From positions 19,050,028-19,114,027 of the forward strand of contig NC_068995.1 of NCBI RefSeq assembly GCF_001194135.2: DNA of 64,000 nucleotides, in the 5' to 3' direction. Source of the DNA: Octopus bimaculoides (taxonomy: Eukaryota). Shown here in pieces: positions 12,356-27,273 of this stretch. Each line of letters starts with the position of its first letter. Position 1 is the stretch's first letter. Both the position numbers and the translations under genes were made by a program. Below the pieces are notes generated by a model, which did no database searches, was not told the DNA's origin, and saw only the letters and a program-made list of their open reading frames with translations.

Positions 12356-12875
12356 GGGATGTAAATAATGTGTATTTTACATGACTAAAAGTCTCGATAG
12401 ACAGAGTAGGAATAGCTTAGAGAATACATCACATAATTCAAATTTCACCTGATGTTAATTCACAGCATCGAGACACATTCTCTCAGAAGATATCAGCGAA
12501 AATCATCAATGGGACTTGAAGTGCGTTATAGTGATATAAGTGAGAAGTTTGAAAATACATCATTATCTACTTAAACAATCCAAATCCCACCCAGAACACA
12601 CATAAGTATATAAATCACAAGAGTTAAGATATATTAACGGTGCATACATATTTATTTAACCAATTGACATTCTTATGGTTACGGATGTTTCGCAAACTTT
12701 CTCATGCAGAATTAATTTCTTAGTTGAAAGGATTATGCTTCATATGCATGCTCGGCGTTATACAATAACATTTTCTATTCACAAATCAATGCATATAAAT
12801 AAAGCTTGCTCATTAGATCACCAGAATATCGTGATTGTAAGAACGATTCAACTGTAAGTATAAACAAAATTTCCG

Positions 12876-12914
<39 letters not shown>

Positions 12915-13133
12915 GGAAGGCAGAGACTAGATAAGATTAATTTGATCGGGTCAGTAAAAATTGCGTTATGATGCTTCATATCAGTTAAGGTGTTAGGAAG
13001 AAATTCCAAAAATTAACTATCCTTAACGTAAATAAAAAGCAGGATGGGATAAAAGACATATGTAACATCAGTAAAGTAAATATGACAAGAACGCTCATAG
13101 AGCGCAAAACTCCGCCAAGGCAACACCAACGTC

Positions 13134-14910
13134 CTTATTTCTTTAGTTAGGCACAAGGCCTCCATAGAGAGGGGACAATACAAAAACAGACAAAACGATA
13201 CTTTGGGGTACATAGTAACACATATCGAATGAATTATAGATATAATGAAAATGAAAATGAAAAGGCTTACCTACACCCCAAAAGCAGATAGTTCCATTTT
13301 ACTGTTTTTAAATGAACAGTTCATGTCGGTCTTGTAGCTATTGGTTTATAGCATATACTTTTCGAAGGTCATCACCGGCGGCAATTCGTCGTAACCAATT
13401 TGTATTCCTGTCATCTCCACTCTTTCACCAAACAACTCCTTCAATTTCTTTCCTCTTTCTTTTTCCAACAAAACAGCTTCAAAACTTTCATTACACTCTT
13501 TGGTCGCTAACTTCACCCTGATAACATTCTTCATCTTGGCAATTTTCTTCACTATCTCTACACCTTTTGGGTATTGCACCATTGTTCTTATGTTTTTCCT
13601 TTTGGGTGTCACTCTCCTTCTCTCCTCACCAATCCCCTCCTCTGCCACTGGCATTTCTGTCTCTGTCTGTCTCTCATTCTGTGTTGCTATCATCTCTCTT
13701 TCATTTTCCTTTCTCTTCTGTACTCTTTCCTCTTTTCTAGTTGATGGTCTCTGCGTTCGTTCTTCATTTTCGTTGTCTTTTAACTTTTTCTCTTCTCATT
13801 TGTACTCTCTTGTTTTTCACTTTCCTTCTCCTCTCCACTTGCCTTTCTTTTCTTCCTCGGACATGTTGGTGGTAAGTCATTACTCTTCTTTCTTTTTACC
13901 ACTGTATATTTCTCCTCTATTTTCTCCTCCTCCACGGTTGCACCCTCGTCTTCCTGATGTTCCTTCCCTGTTTCCTCTTCGTGTTCCTGGGGACACTTAG
14001 CTTTCATGTGTCTCTTTACTCCACGTAGAAAACATACAGGAAGTCTTCCTTCCACCACTATTCTCAACCTTGCTTCGTCAGGCAGTATCAGTTCTTCCGC
14101 AATCTTGTGGAGATATGGCAAGCTTATAAGGACCAATACCTCTAGTGCATACCCACCCCCCCACATCAGGTCACCTCCATAGTTCGTGATATTTTCAATA
14201 TCTCAGTGTCCTCCTCTGTGTTGAAGAGGATGGCTGCCACCTGCCACGCCTCATCAATTTCTGGTGGAACTCTAACTATTCTTACCCTGGCTGCAAAATG
14301 CCACAGTAAGTCGGTAGCAGTGCCCACTCCGCCGATTTCAAAGGCACGGTGGAGTATTTTCTCGCTTCTTCTTCACTCACGAAGTGTACCTCAACTGTGC
14401 CGTATTTCCTTCTTCTGGTGTAGTCATCACGTTCTAATTTCTCTTAGGCCGTCCTCGACCGCCTCCACCGCTGCTATTTCCATCTAATTCCACCACTTTT
14501 GTTGCAATATTCAATGTTTTGTACACAATAGTTTCCTTCTCCGTTTTTTCTAAGACTTCTTTATGAGGCGTCAACCTCAAGCTATCTCCCTCCTTTCTCA
14601 ATAAATAATGTTTCTTAAAATTTTTCTTCTGTGACTAAATTTCTTTAACTCACAGTACCTCAGCTGACAGGCTTTTTGCCAGTCATCGCAGCATAACTGC
14701 CAGCTTGCACTGGTGTTCCTTCCATATTGTTCACAGCTTCACCCATAAATGAGGAAGAAAATTTAAAAAACGATAACAATAAGTTCAACAAGTAACAATC
14801 CAACAATTCAATGAATAACAATCAATCAATAACAGTACTGGCATGGGGCGTACACGCATCAAGCTCAACTGTCTCAAATAAAACACTAACGACAATGCTA
14901 ACGTCCTCTC
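13134..14910 (-). mobile_element. Non-LTR retroelement derivative encoding only a decayed ORF1-like (gag-like CCHC zinc knuckle) protein
   Basis: Broken frame from ATG at 14746: ...YGTVEVHFVSEEEARKYST..WALLPTYCG..RVRIVRVPPEIDEAW..RLRIVVEGRLPVCFLRGVKRHMKAKCP (degenerate CX2CX4HX4C at ~13990-14035), then a K/E-rich tail ending ~13346. No RT follows. The 3' end carries a SINE-like tail. Confidence 0.7.
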
Positions 14911-15860
14911 AATGATTAACCAGAGATGATTTTTTAAATGAGAATATCTGAATTAAACTCGACTGCTCTCAAAAACGAGAATACTAAAAATGAACACGAG
15001 CGCTCTCAAAAATTAAGTAAACAAAATAGGAAATATAATTGAGAATCCTCGATCCCAAAATTTAATCACTTCGTGCCATTCACGAGGCCAAATTTCATTG
15101 AAAGTTTCATCCGAATCCATCCAATGGTTATTGAGATATTTTGAGATAACAAACAAACACAACTGAAAACAGTAGTTTGAAAACGTGTATAAAAATATCT
15201 AATATATATGAATGAAATGGGGAACATACAGCTGTCGATATAAAGATTAACTCGAGAAATATTATCAAAAGNNNNNNNNNNNNNNNNNNNNNNNNNNNNN
15301 NNNNNNNNNNNNNNNNNNNNNNNNNNNNNNNNNNNNNNNNNNNNNNNNNNNNNNNNNNNNNNNNNNNNNNNNNNNNNNNNNNNNNNNNNNNNNNNNNNNN
15401 NNNNNNNNNNNNNNNNNNNNNNNNNNNNNNNNNNNNNNNNNNNNNNNNNNNNNNNNNNNNNNNNNNNNNNNNNNNNNNNNNNNNNNNNNNNNNNNNNNNN
15501 NNNNNNNNNNNNNNNNNNNNNNNNNNNNNNNNNNNNNNNNNNNNNNNNNNNNNNNNNNNNNNNNNNNNNNNNNNNNNNNNNNNNNNNNNNNNNNNNNNNN
15601 NNNNNNNNNNNNNNNNNNNNNNNNNNNNNNNNNNNNNNNNNNNNNNNNNNNNNNNNNNNNNNNNNNNNNNNNNNNNNNNNNNNNNNNNNNNNNNNNNNNN
15701 NNNNNNNNNNNNNNNNNNNNNNNNNNNNNNNNNNNNNNNNNNNNNNNNNNNNNNNNNNNNNNNNNNNNNNNNNNNNNNNNNNNNNNNNNNNNNNNNNNNN
15801 NNNNNNNNNNNNNNNNNNNNNNNNNNNNNNNNNNNNNNNNNNNNNNNNNNNNNNNNNNNN

Positions 15861-15952
<92 letters not shown>

Positions 15953-16779
15953 TGTATATTATAGTTTTTTTCATATTTCATGCGTTCAGACGTTAATGAA
16001 TTGATAGAAATACCAGTTGTGTTTCTAATATAAATCTTCTATTTATAGAAACAGAATGCAAGTTGTTATATGCTACATGTATACCACTTCTATTTTCAAA
16101 TTATACTGATAGTTGTATTGATGTTGATTATGTTTCTCTCGCTTGTTTTCGCCGCACGGTATGAACAAGAGAGGCCTGGTTTGATTTTGGATCAAATATG
16201 ATTTAACGATTTTGATAAATATTATTCAGCAGGTGATACACACTCATAGAAATTCTTCAAAGCCAAATCTTCTCTGACAGCATATTGATAGTGTCTTGGT
16301 TTCTTGTTCAATGCCCTCACTGTTTATTTTAGGATCTGAAATACTTCATTCAATCCTAATCTACAAATGTTGGTTTCGTTGTAACATAGTGAGTTTCTTC
16401 ATACGATAATATTGGTTACATATTCTGAATGAGATATGCCGTACCTCAAAAATGTAGATGTCTCTTTGTGTTTCGACATAATTGAACGCATATGTTAACA
16501 CTGGGTTTTAAATTTACTTACCGTTCCCAGCACCTTGACTTCGTGAATTCTGCTATAGCCCTCGGTCGTCCAAAGCGTGTATATATATATATATATATAT
16601 ATNNNNNNNNNNNNNNNNNNNNNNNNNNNNNNNNNNNNNNNNNNNNNNNNNNNNNNNNNNNNNNNNNNNNNNNNNNNNNNNNNNNNNNNNNNNNNNNNNN
16701 NNNNNNNNNNNNNNNNNNNNNNNNNNNNNNNNNNNNNNNNNNNNNNNNNNNNNNNNNNNNNNNNNNNNNNNNNNNNNNN

Positions 16780-16815
<36 letters not shown>

Positions 16816-18120
16816 TATATAATCTGTATATGCCTGTGTTGTTCCTTCGACACTCAGTGTGCTTTCATTATGTCCTGGTAACTGAGTGGTAGATAAAACA
16901 AGCCATTAAATATGTAGCGGGTGTAGTTGATCGACTAAGAAGGTACATCAGTGTGGTCACAGTTCGACGACAGAAAAATGTAATGGAAAAAAATAGATTA
17001 TTACGCTGCCTTGTAATTCGAATCCTTATGTTAGTTTGCATGACACTCTAAACTGCATAATTTGATGATTCACTCCTATGAAATGTTGAGTGTTTGGAGT
17101 ATAGACTTCATGGTTGTATATTATATATTATGGCATGAAAGTATTTTAATCATAAGAAGAATTGCTAAGAGTAGTGGTGCTGCCGTTGAGAATTGTGTGC
17201 TGTGTACGAGTTCGTAGGAAATATTTTCATGGAATTTAAATCTTTCATTCACATTGAACGTCAGATTGAATAAAAATTAGATTCCTCTCATAATCTTAGT
17301 TCAACTCTCGAGTGTGGATGCCTTTTGAAAATCTTATCTCATCAGAGAAATTTTTAGGTGTTGCTCACATCAGAGGAATTTTTATGGCGTTCCAATAGAA
17401 TTCCTTGAAAAGTCTGTTTAGGTCATTTCTAAATCGAACCAAAGCCTGACCATTCTTGCAGCCTGAAATCGTTCGACCATCGAATTTGTACAGCCGAAAG
17501 CAATTGAATATACGTGATACTGTCTGTGATGAACTGCTCAACAGTATTGACATCGCCATCAGTCTTTAGATCCCTCGAACGTTATGTTGCCTTTAGTCAC
17601 TCCGTAGGCTCTAGCAATGTATTAGGCAATGAGAACCATAACAGTAATAGTTGTTTTCTCTCAAGCCTAGGTTTTTCGAGAAGAGATTTAGACAAAATTC
17701 GATAAAAGTCAACACAGACCGAATGAAGGTAACTGTAAAACAGTATGTGTTCTACAATGTTGAAGCACTTAATAACGACAACGCTGCCGTTCGACTGAGT
17801 TAAGTTAGTAACGTATATAAATTGAGATATCAGATTTATATAGGATACATTTATGTAATTGGGTTTCGACTAAGTTTTTAAAATTATAGCTGGTGAAGCT
17901 GTTCTCTTTCTATAGTTAATTGAAAATATTTATCCTAATTTACAAATTGCTGCGTCGTTTTATTTTCATATATTCCTCGTTTACTTTGTGGATTAAGTGC
18001 ATATTGCATGAATGCTCGACTAGTTTCCAAAATATATTCCGTATGTTTTCGAAGGAGTTACATGGTGTCAAAAACTAAATTTCTTCCTTGGAAGGGTATT
18101 CGATGATTTCGATATATTGC

Positions 18121-18163
<43 letters not shown>

Positions 18164-19060
18164 AGTGCGTGTGGGTGTGCGTGTGTGTTCGTGCGTGTGC
18201 GTGCGTGCGTGGATATGTGTGTGTGTGTTTGTGTGTGTTGGTATATATGTGTGTGCGTATGCAAGTGCACGTATGTGTGCGTATATGTGTATATTTGCAA
18301 ATCTATGTGCAAGTATATCTATATAAGACAATCGTTGGAGCTATAAGTAACTAAGGCAATAAAACAGTGCACCTACAAGAGTCGAACCACGTATATATCT
18401 CATGCTAAGTAATTTCGTTACTGAATATTCCGCAGAACAACTGCAGTCCTTGTGTGAATTTGATCGATAAATGCTTTACTGGTATAAAGAAACATTTCTA
18501 CTCCAACTAATATCTTATTTCTTTATTAGATAATCCGACAGCCACTATCCAAAGATAGTGCTTGAAATATTTCATGTCATTTATATGAATACCGTAGCCT
18601 TTAATATATACATAATACAATCAATGTTGCATCTATTTGTTGCATAAATCTGTCACAGAGAGTGCTCAATATTGTGCATAAATCGTGAATGTTTCGCAGA
18701 CAACACGAGAATTTGAATATAATGGGGAACAACACAATCTATATTACTAAACATTAAATAATATATCTAAGTTTTTCCTCTCTTTGGTGTGTGTGCTTCG
18801 CTTGATTCAAAAATATAATTGGAATAGGGAAAGAGAATATCTTCCACAAAATTGTGATCGTAGCAAACTAAAATCATACCAATATGCAAGCTAACATTTT
18901 ATACACACACTCTCTCATATAAACCATATCACACCCCACATCTTAACACACATGAATCAGACAATAGTTCTACAGCTGACGTCGTTCCTACTAGCATTAA
19001 AGATGGTTACGTACCTTTACCCATACAAACATATATCTAACATTGAGCTCAAATTTTGCA

Positions 19061-19261
19061 ACAAGGCCTTTAATTTCGAGGGAGGGTGGAAATCGATTAT
19101 ATCGACCCCAATGTTCAACTGGTATTTATTTTATCGGGCCCAAAATTATGTAAGATAAAGTCGACCTCAACGGCATTTGAACTTGGAGACGGACGGAGAG
19201 CCGGACGAAATGTCGCTAAGCATTGTTCCCGGTGTACTAACGCTTTGTCCAGCTCGCCGCC
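19061..19261 (-). mobile_element. tRNA-derived SINE
   Basis: acaaggcc tail, tcgattatatcgacccca, gtcgacctcaacggcatttgaac, head gctcgccgcc. Confidence 0.8.
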
Positions 19262-19306
19262 TTTTTATACACATAGTATTAAATTTACAGGTGTGAATGT
19301 GAGGCG

Positions 19307-19354
<48 letters not shown>

Positions 19355-20638
19355 CTTCTATTTATTATTACTTGCGACTTACCGAAAGTTTATTGTCTGT
19401 GAAAAAGTGAACACTTTAGTTGTATTCCTTAAAACACTTGTCTTGAGTAGATACTTTAACTTTGAAAAAACAAGTAGATGTTTCCTGCATGTTTACTAAA
19501 CAGTATGCAATCCCAAACTTGCCAATATATATTTTTATGGTCGTGTAGAAAATCTAACTTTAATATTATTTATGGTTGATTTATTTAATCAAGTAGCCAT
19601 TTTCATTATATTTGTTTTCCTTGTAATAGCTCCCGTCACATTTTTACTCTCTATTAAATATTAGGCCAGCTGGACTATATTACTTATTTGAAACGGAAAA
19701 AGCATTCATCGTCCAATTACAAATTTCTGCGCAAATATCCTGAAGTCACACACTATCATATTTCAAAAAATCCGAAAGTAACTACGGCCCTGAGCACACT
19801 TTAATTAAAGTAAAAGTGCTCTTAATGACGTCACCGGAGATGATTATACATTCGTTTCGTCGAGGAGGATTTGGGTTGAAACATCAACAAGATGAAGGAA
19901 ATTTTCTATTATTCTAAATTCTTTATAACCAACAAATAATAGATTGAGCCTACACAGTATATTCTATTGGCAATCCATTCCCTGAATATGTTTACACATG
20001 TAATATCTGGTCAATGAGAATTCCAATATTAAAATTATGTCGTTCACACTTATCATAGAAATTGAAATATTTCTTATAGATATTTTCAATGATAAATATA
20101 TTTTTTTACTTTTATTCGTTTTTATTTTCTCAATTGGCAGGTCATAGGTGCTGCACCATAGCAAATTTATCATTCTAATTTTATACTCCATATCGATTTT
20201 TACAAACAAATTTTAAAGGTTTATAGAGTATGTTGCTTAATGCGTACAAGTTTTTGATGCTAAATAGTTATTACAATTATTTTTACAACAATTTACAGAC
20301 TTTAATTATTCATACGGCTTAATATTTTTCAATATTTACACAAAAGAACATGCCATGCATAACCCTCTTCCTATATGCATATACATAAAAGTATATGAGT
20401 ATGTGTGTGTGTGTTTAGGTGTCTATGTGCTAATGTGCGAGTGTGTGTGAGAGTGTAGGCGTTTACGTAAGTGTAGATGAGCATATGCGTACATACATAT
20501 TCATACATACACACAAAAAACCGATGACATATTTACATTGATATCTACATATGTATGTCTATACAAACACACATCCATGCACTCTCACACATACATACAA
20601 ACATATATGTTTATGTATATATATATATATATTTAAAC

Positions 20639-20700
<62 letters not shown>

Positions 20701-21388
20701 TGATGTGAGTGTATGTGTATATTTACATGCGTGCTTGCGTGTCATTAAGTCTTTGTCATTGTAGCAGAAGAGAGATAATATATGAAGTGTATAACACATT
20801 GCTCCACAATCTATTAATATGGCTAGCATTTTTTTAAGAAACAACGTTGTATCTCCCTAAAATTCTGAATAGAATTGTTCACATCAACAACATTACCTCT
20901 ACACACACATACCATTCCACTTTAACATGTAGCAACAAGACAGTGCCGTTTTATATATTTTTCATTTTATATATATACATATTCACAAAAAATAGGGAGT
21001 GTGCAAGAAAGACAAACACAAAGGAATCACACTTAAAAGGGACAATGTGTGATTGTCTGCCAGTTATTGTTATAACTGTTATGCGTAATTAGTGTACACT
21101 TTTGTTTGAGCTATTACTTTCCAACGAAACGAGATCTTGTTAATATTATTCTTAGTGGTGTTGAGGTAGGCGGTGTTGGTGTTTTTGCTATTACTGTGAT
21201 TGTTCTTTTTGTTCCTGCTAATGCTTTTGATGTTGTTCTTAGCCCTTTCATCACTTATTATTCAAGGATCTACAAGGCAATTTTTCTTTCAAAGTATCTT
21301 TACATTTTGTTTCTATTTATTTATCCTCCTCATCATAATCACCATCATAGTCGTCTTCCCCATCATCGTGTTTATCATTTCATCACCC

Positions 21389-21389
<1 letters not shown>

Positions 21390-21446
<57 letters not shown>

Positions 21447-21456
21447 CATTATTAGC

Positions 21457-21543
<87 letters not shown>

Positions 21544-21678
21544 ATTGCTTGCGAAACATCATTTAAATATTTGATAAATTTTCCACCGTGCCGAAAGGAT
21601 ACTATCTAACAAATTATTTCATTGTTGGCATTATTCCGATGTTTCTTTCAACTTTATTATTATTAATATTATTATTAA

Positions 21679-21732
<54 letters not shown>

Positions 21733-21791
21733 CATCATTATTATTACTATTATTATCATTATTACCATTAGTATTATCATTATTAGTATTA

Positions 21792-21850
<59 letters not shown>
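21390..21850 (+). repeat. Two compound (ATT)n microsatellite arrays
   Basis: Long ATT runs at 21390-21541 and ~21654-21850. Confidence 0.95.
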
Positions 21851-21851
<1 letters not shown>

Positions 21852-24174
21852 CCTTAAGGACGAATTCTTCAGAAAATCCCGCTGCAATAGCGCGCAACGA
21901 TAAAGGGATGCAATTATGATAAACATGCATGCCTCTTTCTAATCAGTCTGCAACATATTCATCTTAAACTATATAAACCGTAGCAAACATTAGCAAAAAC
22001 AATGGAATAAATGTATTCACAAAAAAACACTCATATATCTGTGTGTGTGCGTGTACGTACATGTGCATATATATNNNNNNNNNNNNNNNNNNNNNNNNNN
22101 NNNNNNNNNNNNNNNNNNNNNNNNNNNNNNNNNNNNNNNNNNNNNNNNNNNNNNNNNNNNNNNNNNNNNNNNNNNNNNNNNNNNNNNNNNNNNNNNNNNN
22201 NNNNNNNNNNNNNNNNNNNNNNNNNNNNNNNNNNNNNNNNNNNNNNNNNNNNNNNNNNNNNNNNNNNNNNNNNNNNNNNNNNNNNNNNNNNNNNNNNNAT
22301 ATATATATATGTATATATATATATATTAATATTTATATAAATATATACATATATATATCCATATGTATGCATATATATATATGTGTGTATGTGTACGTAT
22401 ATTTTCTATTTAATTGGCGATACAAAGGGTAATAACCGTATTAAGTTATAGAAGCCAGTGCTACACTTCAAAGATTTATTACAGAAACTAATACGCTATA
22501 GATGGCATATGGTTAAACACACGTGCAACAGATACAAGGAGAAATACATGTCCATTCTCACAAGAAAACAAACAGCTGTAATGATATGCATATATTCATA
22601 AACGGATTACTATTGAACCTGATCTTTATGTATAAAAAAGATGCATGTTTATATACAAGTAATACGCATATAAATGCGTATTATACACACACACNNNNNN
22701 NNNNATAAGTATGTATGTATATATATGTCTGTATAATGTTGGTACTTGCATATACATGTATATTTTATCTGTGTATACATGTATAAACCTATATGTATGT
22801 GTGTGTGTGTGTATGTATACGTATATATATATTTATGGAATCTATTCGCAGCATAAGAGATACAGTACCGAGAAGTATAGAAGTTCAATAATTAGTCGAA
22901 ATATTGTTCAACACACCGTTTTATATATATATATATATATATATCCAGAGAGAGAAAGAAAGACATAAATATAGATAGATTGATAGATAGATAGATATGT
23001 ATATATGTATGTATACATATTTCTGAAGCTATACTATATAATAAAAGAATATTTTTTAGACAATTTTTCCATAAATTATTAAGCATTTACTTTTATTGGG
23101 CACTAAAAGAAGATTGTATACTGGTTTCTGTACGGAACATTAAGCTGATTCAGCCGTGAATTCATGATACTTTAAAAGATTTGTATTGTTTACGGGATGA
23201 TTTGGTGTTAGTAAGTATAGAGGGAGAGATAGGTGCTATCTGTATGAATAGATGGTTGGAAAACGCCAAATGTATTACTATAGTTCAAAGAATTACCTTT
23301 ACAGAACTACCGATCTGATTAGTACGAATCTGTGCTATAGACGTACGTACCTACTGAATACTACTACGCACACACCACCGAGCGCACGTACACAAATATA
23401 TATATATATATATATATANNNNNNNNNNNNNNNNNNNNNNNNNNNNNNNNNNNNNNNNNNNNNNNNNNNNNNNNNNNNNNNNNNNNNNNNNNNNNNNNNN
23501 NNNNNNNNNNNNNNNNNNNNNNNNNNNNNNNNNNNNNNNNNNNNNNNNNNNNNNNNNNNNNNNNNNNNNNNNNNNNNNNNNNNNNNNNNNNNNNNNNNNN
23601 NNNNNNNNNNNNNNNNNNNNNNNNNNNNNNNNNNNNNNNNNNNNNNNNNNNNNNNNNNNNNNNNNNNNNNNNNNNNNNNNNNNNNNNNNNNNNNNNNNNN
23701 NNNNNNNNNNNNNNNNNNNNNNNNNNNNNNNNNNNNNNNNNNNNNNNNNNNNNNNNNNNNNNNNNNNNNNNNNNNNNNNNNNNNNNNNNNNNNNNNNNNN
23801 NNNNNNNNNNNNNNNNNNNNNNNNNNNNNNNNNNNNNNNNNNNNNNNNNNNNNNNNNNNNNNNNNNNNNNNNNNNNNNNNNNNNNNNNNNNNNNNNNNNN
23901 NNNNNNNNNNNNNNNNNNNAAATAAACAAACAAAAAGGCTGTACAGCCAGACGTGAAGTGTGTATGTCTTGAACGCTGTGAAGCACGTACAGGAGGGGCA
24001 AAGAAGTACGTGCGAGCTTGGTGATTCCAAGAACGAAAAGAAATAGCAGCCGGACACACGTGACCAAGGCTGTGTGAAGAGAAAGAGTAGCAGAGGGAAA
24101 TGAAGGGGAGGAAGTAGAATAAAAATGAGCAACGAGAGGTAGAGAGAGAGAGAGAGAGATAGTAGTAGTAACGG

Positions 24175-24214
<40 letters not shown>

Positions 24215-24522
24215 GTATTCTGCTAGTAACGTAGCAGGGTACAAATTAAAGGTCGTTCACCCTTAGAATTACCAAATAGCCGGTAGTATTACGGTATACT
24301 TCGAAGTCTAGGTATAAACATTCTTCGGGGACACCAATTTTATATCACCTGAAGAAATACAAACGAATCCCATTATACAGGTAAACTGTTGCATAATTAA
24401 ATTCCTGTACACATGAAGATCTATGTCGTAGGGTGTAGTAATTATAGAATACCTGTCTAACCGTAACCTTTGTTGACTCTATCTCATTAAATTATACATA
24501 CATACATACACACAGACACAAG

Positions 24523-24554
<32 letters not shown>

Positions 24555-24614
24555 CAAACACACACACCTACATACATAAACAAACGTATGCATATATAAA
24601 ATAGAAAGACAGAC

Positions 24615-24654
<40 letters not shown>

Positions 24655-24669
24655 TTCTAATTGAACATT

Positions 24670-24881
24670 CAACGTTGCGTAATCATTGGAAATCCTAAGA
24701 ATTTCGTCGTGTGTATGGAAAGTCTTCAATTCCATACCATCTCAGTAATCCTGCCACAACAAGCGTCAGTCGACTTTGACAACATTAAGTTTTTGTATTG
24801 TTAAGACTTCTTGCCAGTATGCCCTCCGAGAAATTTCACTTTCATCATGCTCATGTAAGTAACCAAATTTAGCCATATGTT
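24670..24881 (-). mobile_element. Tigger/pogo transposase remnant, downstream part (DDE region start)
   Basis: KHMAKFGYLHEHDE..YW, QSRLTLVVAG and DGMELKTFH resemble Tigger 'gY.peQ.fN.DE', 'K.RlTl' and 'G..klKP'. Continues the fragment at 27274-27812. Confidence 0.55.
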
Positions 24882-24885
24882 TTAA

Positions 24886-27269
24886 CTCTTTCAAGCTGGG
24901 TGGTACAAATAAAGTACTACTTATTTGTTTCAGTTTAATGAGCAGTGGTACGTAATTCTTACCACGACTTAAAATTATTTTCGCTGCATAGTGGGTTGCT
25001 CAGAAAACGTGCCACTTCATCTATCAACCAATCAGAAGCTACCCTTACATTTGGCAACAATTTCTGCCACTCAAACGGAATATTTTTTTCAGTTGAATCT
25101 ATTTTGTGCCAAAGGTCAGTTGACGAAAAAACAAGAGCACCAATTTTTTGTTATAAATTTGTTTAATGAAGTGAGGGTAAGAAGATTTATTTTTATATTT
25201 TACTCATGAAAAGTATTTAGCATAATTGTAGGTAAATTATTAAAATTTGAACGTTTACATTTAGTTAAATTGGTGGTTCATTTTTAAAACCATTGAGCAT
25301 CCAAATAAACAAACACGTGTTCGTACTATGAAGAGTTGATTTAGGATTCTAAAATTAATATGTATCTTTTATACTTTTATGCCTTATAGTTATTTGTATT
25401 AAATTGATGCTTGAAAATTTAACTTAGTTAATACGAAATTAGAAGTAATTGGAAATTGTAATTTGATATACCTATATTTTTATTTGAAGTACCTACCTAC
25501 GTAGCAATAGTGTGCTGATATTTTTGAAGAAGGTGCCTAGATAATATAAATATATATTTTTAAGATTTATACATTCCTTATGACATTGTGAAGAGACAAC
25601 TAGTAATATTTGTTGATTTAACCCTTACAGAATGTCTCGCCACCGAAATCTATTATCTCTAAAGGAAATTGAGGAAATTTTGTATGAAGATATTCATTCA
25701 GACAATGAATCAACTTGTAATGATGATGACTCAGATGAAACTTTGGAAGAACAAAATAATGACCAGGGCGAAGTAACAACAACTATAGAGTTTGATGTTT
25801 TATCATAATTTGATTCAGATGATGTTCCATTAGCCTCCTTTGCAGGTAATAAAAATCAAAAATGGGCTAAGGTAAATATTGCACACCCAACAAATGTTTT
25901 AACACAACAAGTGGTGTACCAAAAGATATCCAGGAAATGCAAGAGCCCACACCTTTTGAAATATTCCACAAGTTGTTCACTGATAACATAGTAGAGGATA
26001 TTGTTTTTCATACTAATTTGTACGCTGTTCAATCAGGCAAAATTTGGTTCCTATCTCTGCGAAAGAAATAAAAACTTTTTGGCAATTAATTTGAAAACAT
26101 GTTATTGTGCTAGTGATGTAGGTTCAGTGGACGATCAATGGTAAAATTTAAGGGTAGGAATAATCTAAAGCAATAAGTAAGAGTTACAAAATTCGGGTAG
26201 TGGCAGATAAATCAGGACATTTCATTGATGGTGAAATACATACAGGTAAAAATGCTGGTAAAGTTACAAGAGACTTAGGAGGGAATGTAGTTAGAACACT
26301 AACAAGTCAACTGAAAGGGAGAAACCATAAACATTTTTTGACAACTGTTTTACTAGCTATGACCTAGTTAAGAAATTTAAAACATATCAATTATTTGCAT
26401 GTCACACTGTAAATAAGAAAAAGGTGAAGTTTCTTTAATCTTATTAGAATGACAAAGACTTGGAAAGAGGTGAACATGACTGATTGATATCTGATGATGG
26501 AATCTCGGCTGTAAAACTGAAAGATAAGAGAGTGATATATGCTACTTCAAGTTTTCATGAACCTACTGAAAGATACCAAGTTCAAGACGAGGAAAGGATG
26601 GAAGCAAGCTCCAAATAAACTGTCCATTTATTATAAAAGATTATAACCTAAATATGAATTGTGGAGATAAGTTTGACCAACTACAGAAAACCTATGAAAT
26701 AGATCGTAAAAGTCACAAATTGTGGCACAGAATATTTTTTTTTACTTTCTTGATGGAGCAGTTGTAAACGCTTTCATACTTCATAAGAAAGTACAGGACA
26801 GCAATATGACACTGGAAAATTTCAGATTGAAATTATTGATGGGATAGCAGCAGAATCTATAGTGTTAAAGAGAAAGACTAAAGGGTATTCCATAGAAATT
26901 AAAAGCTGAAAGCCTCGTGTTACATTAGGGATTCGAAAGAGAGAGTTGGCTCATTAACCGATAAGTGGAACTAGAAGGAGGTGTGTTTTGTGCAGTTCAA
27001 AAGCTAGAAAAATCAGAACAGAGTGGAAATGTTCTATTTGCGAAGACCTTCTCTGTCTTGGTAAAAAGAAGCAATATTTCCATGATTATCACAAATAAAG
27101 ATGTACCTATTGTTCGGTGATACAAATTTTAGACCACCTCCATTAAGTCGAAATTATATACTTTTGGGAATTTCCAACTAGAATTACTTAATTTAGATAA
27201 TGATAAAGGACAAATTTATGTGTGGTCAATGTAAGGTCAATGAAAAAATTTTTGCCCCTCTGAGAAGAC
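24886..27269 (+). mobile_element. piggyBac transposon fossil
   Basis: TTAA at 24882-24885 and 27270-27273. Weakly complementary termini (ctctttcaagctggg / rc gtcttctcagagggg). Decayed transposase inside. Confidence 0.75.
25632..27098 (+). pseudogene. piggyBac (PGBD-like) transposase pseudogene, internally deleted
   Basis: Acidic N-terminus with DDVPL. FHKLFTDNIVEDIVFHTNLYAVQ; DKSGHFIDGEIHTGK; DNCFTSYDL; KDKRV; IIKDYNLNMNCGDKFDQL..YEIDRKSHKLWHRIFF. C-terminal RRCVLCS..WKCSICEDLLCLG..FHDYHK Cys-rich domain. Many stops and frameshifts. Confidence 0.92.
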
Positions 27270-27273
27270 TTAA

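Noticed and set aside
16516-16580. Perfect minus-strand donor ACG|gtaagt
   Set aside because: The upstream sequence is a SINE remnant (gggctatag..caaggtgc) abutting (TA)n and a gap.
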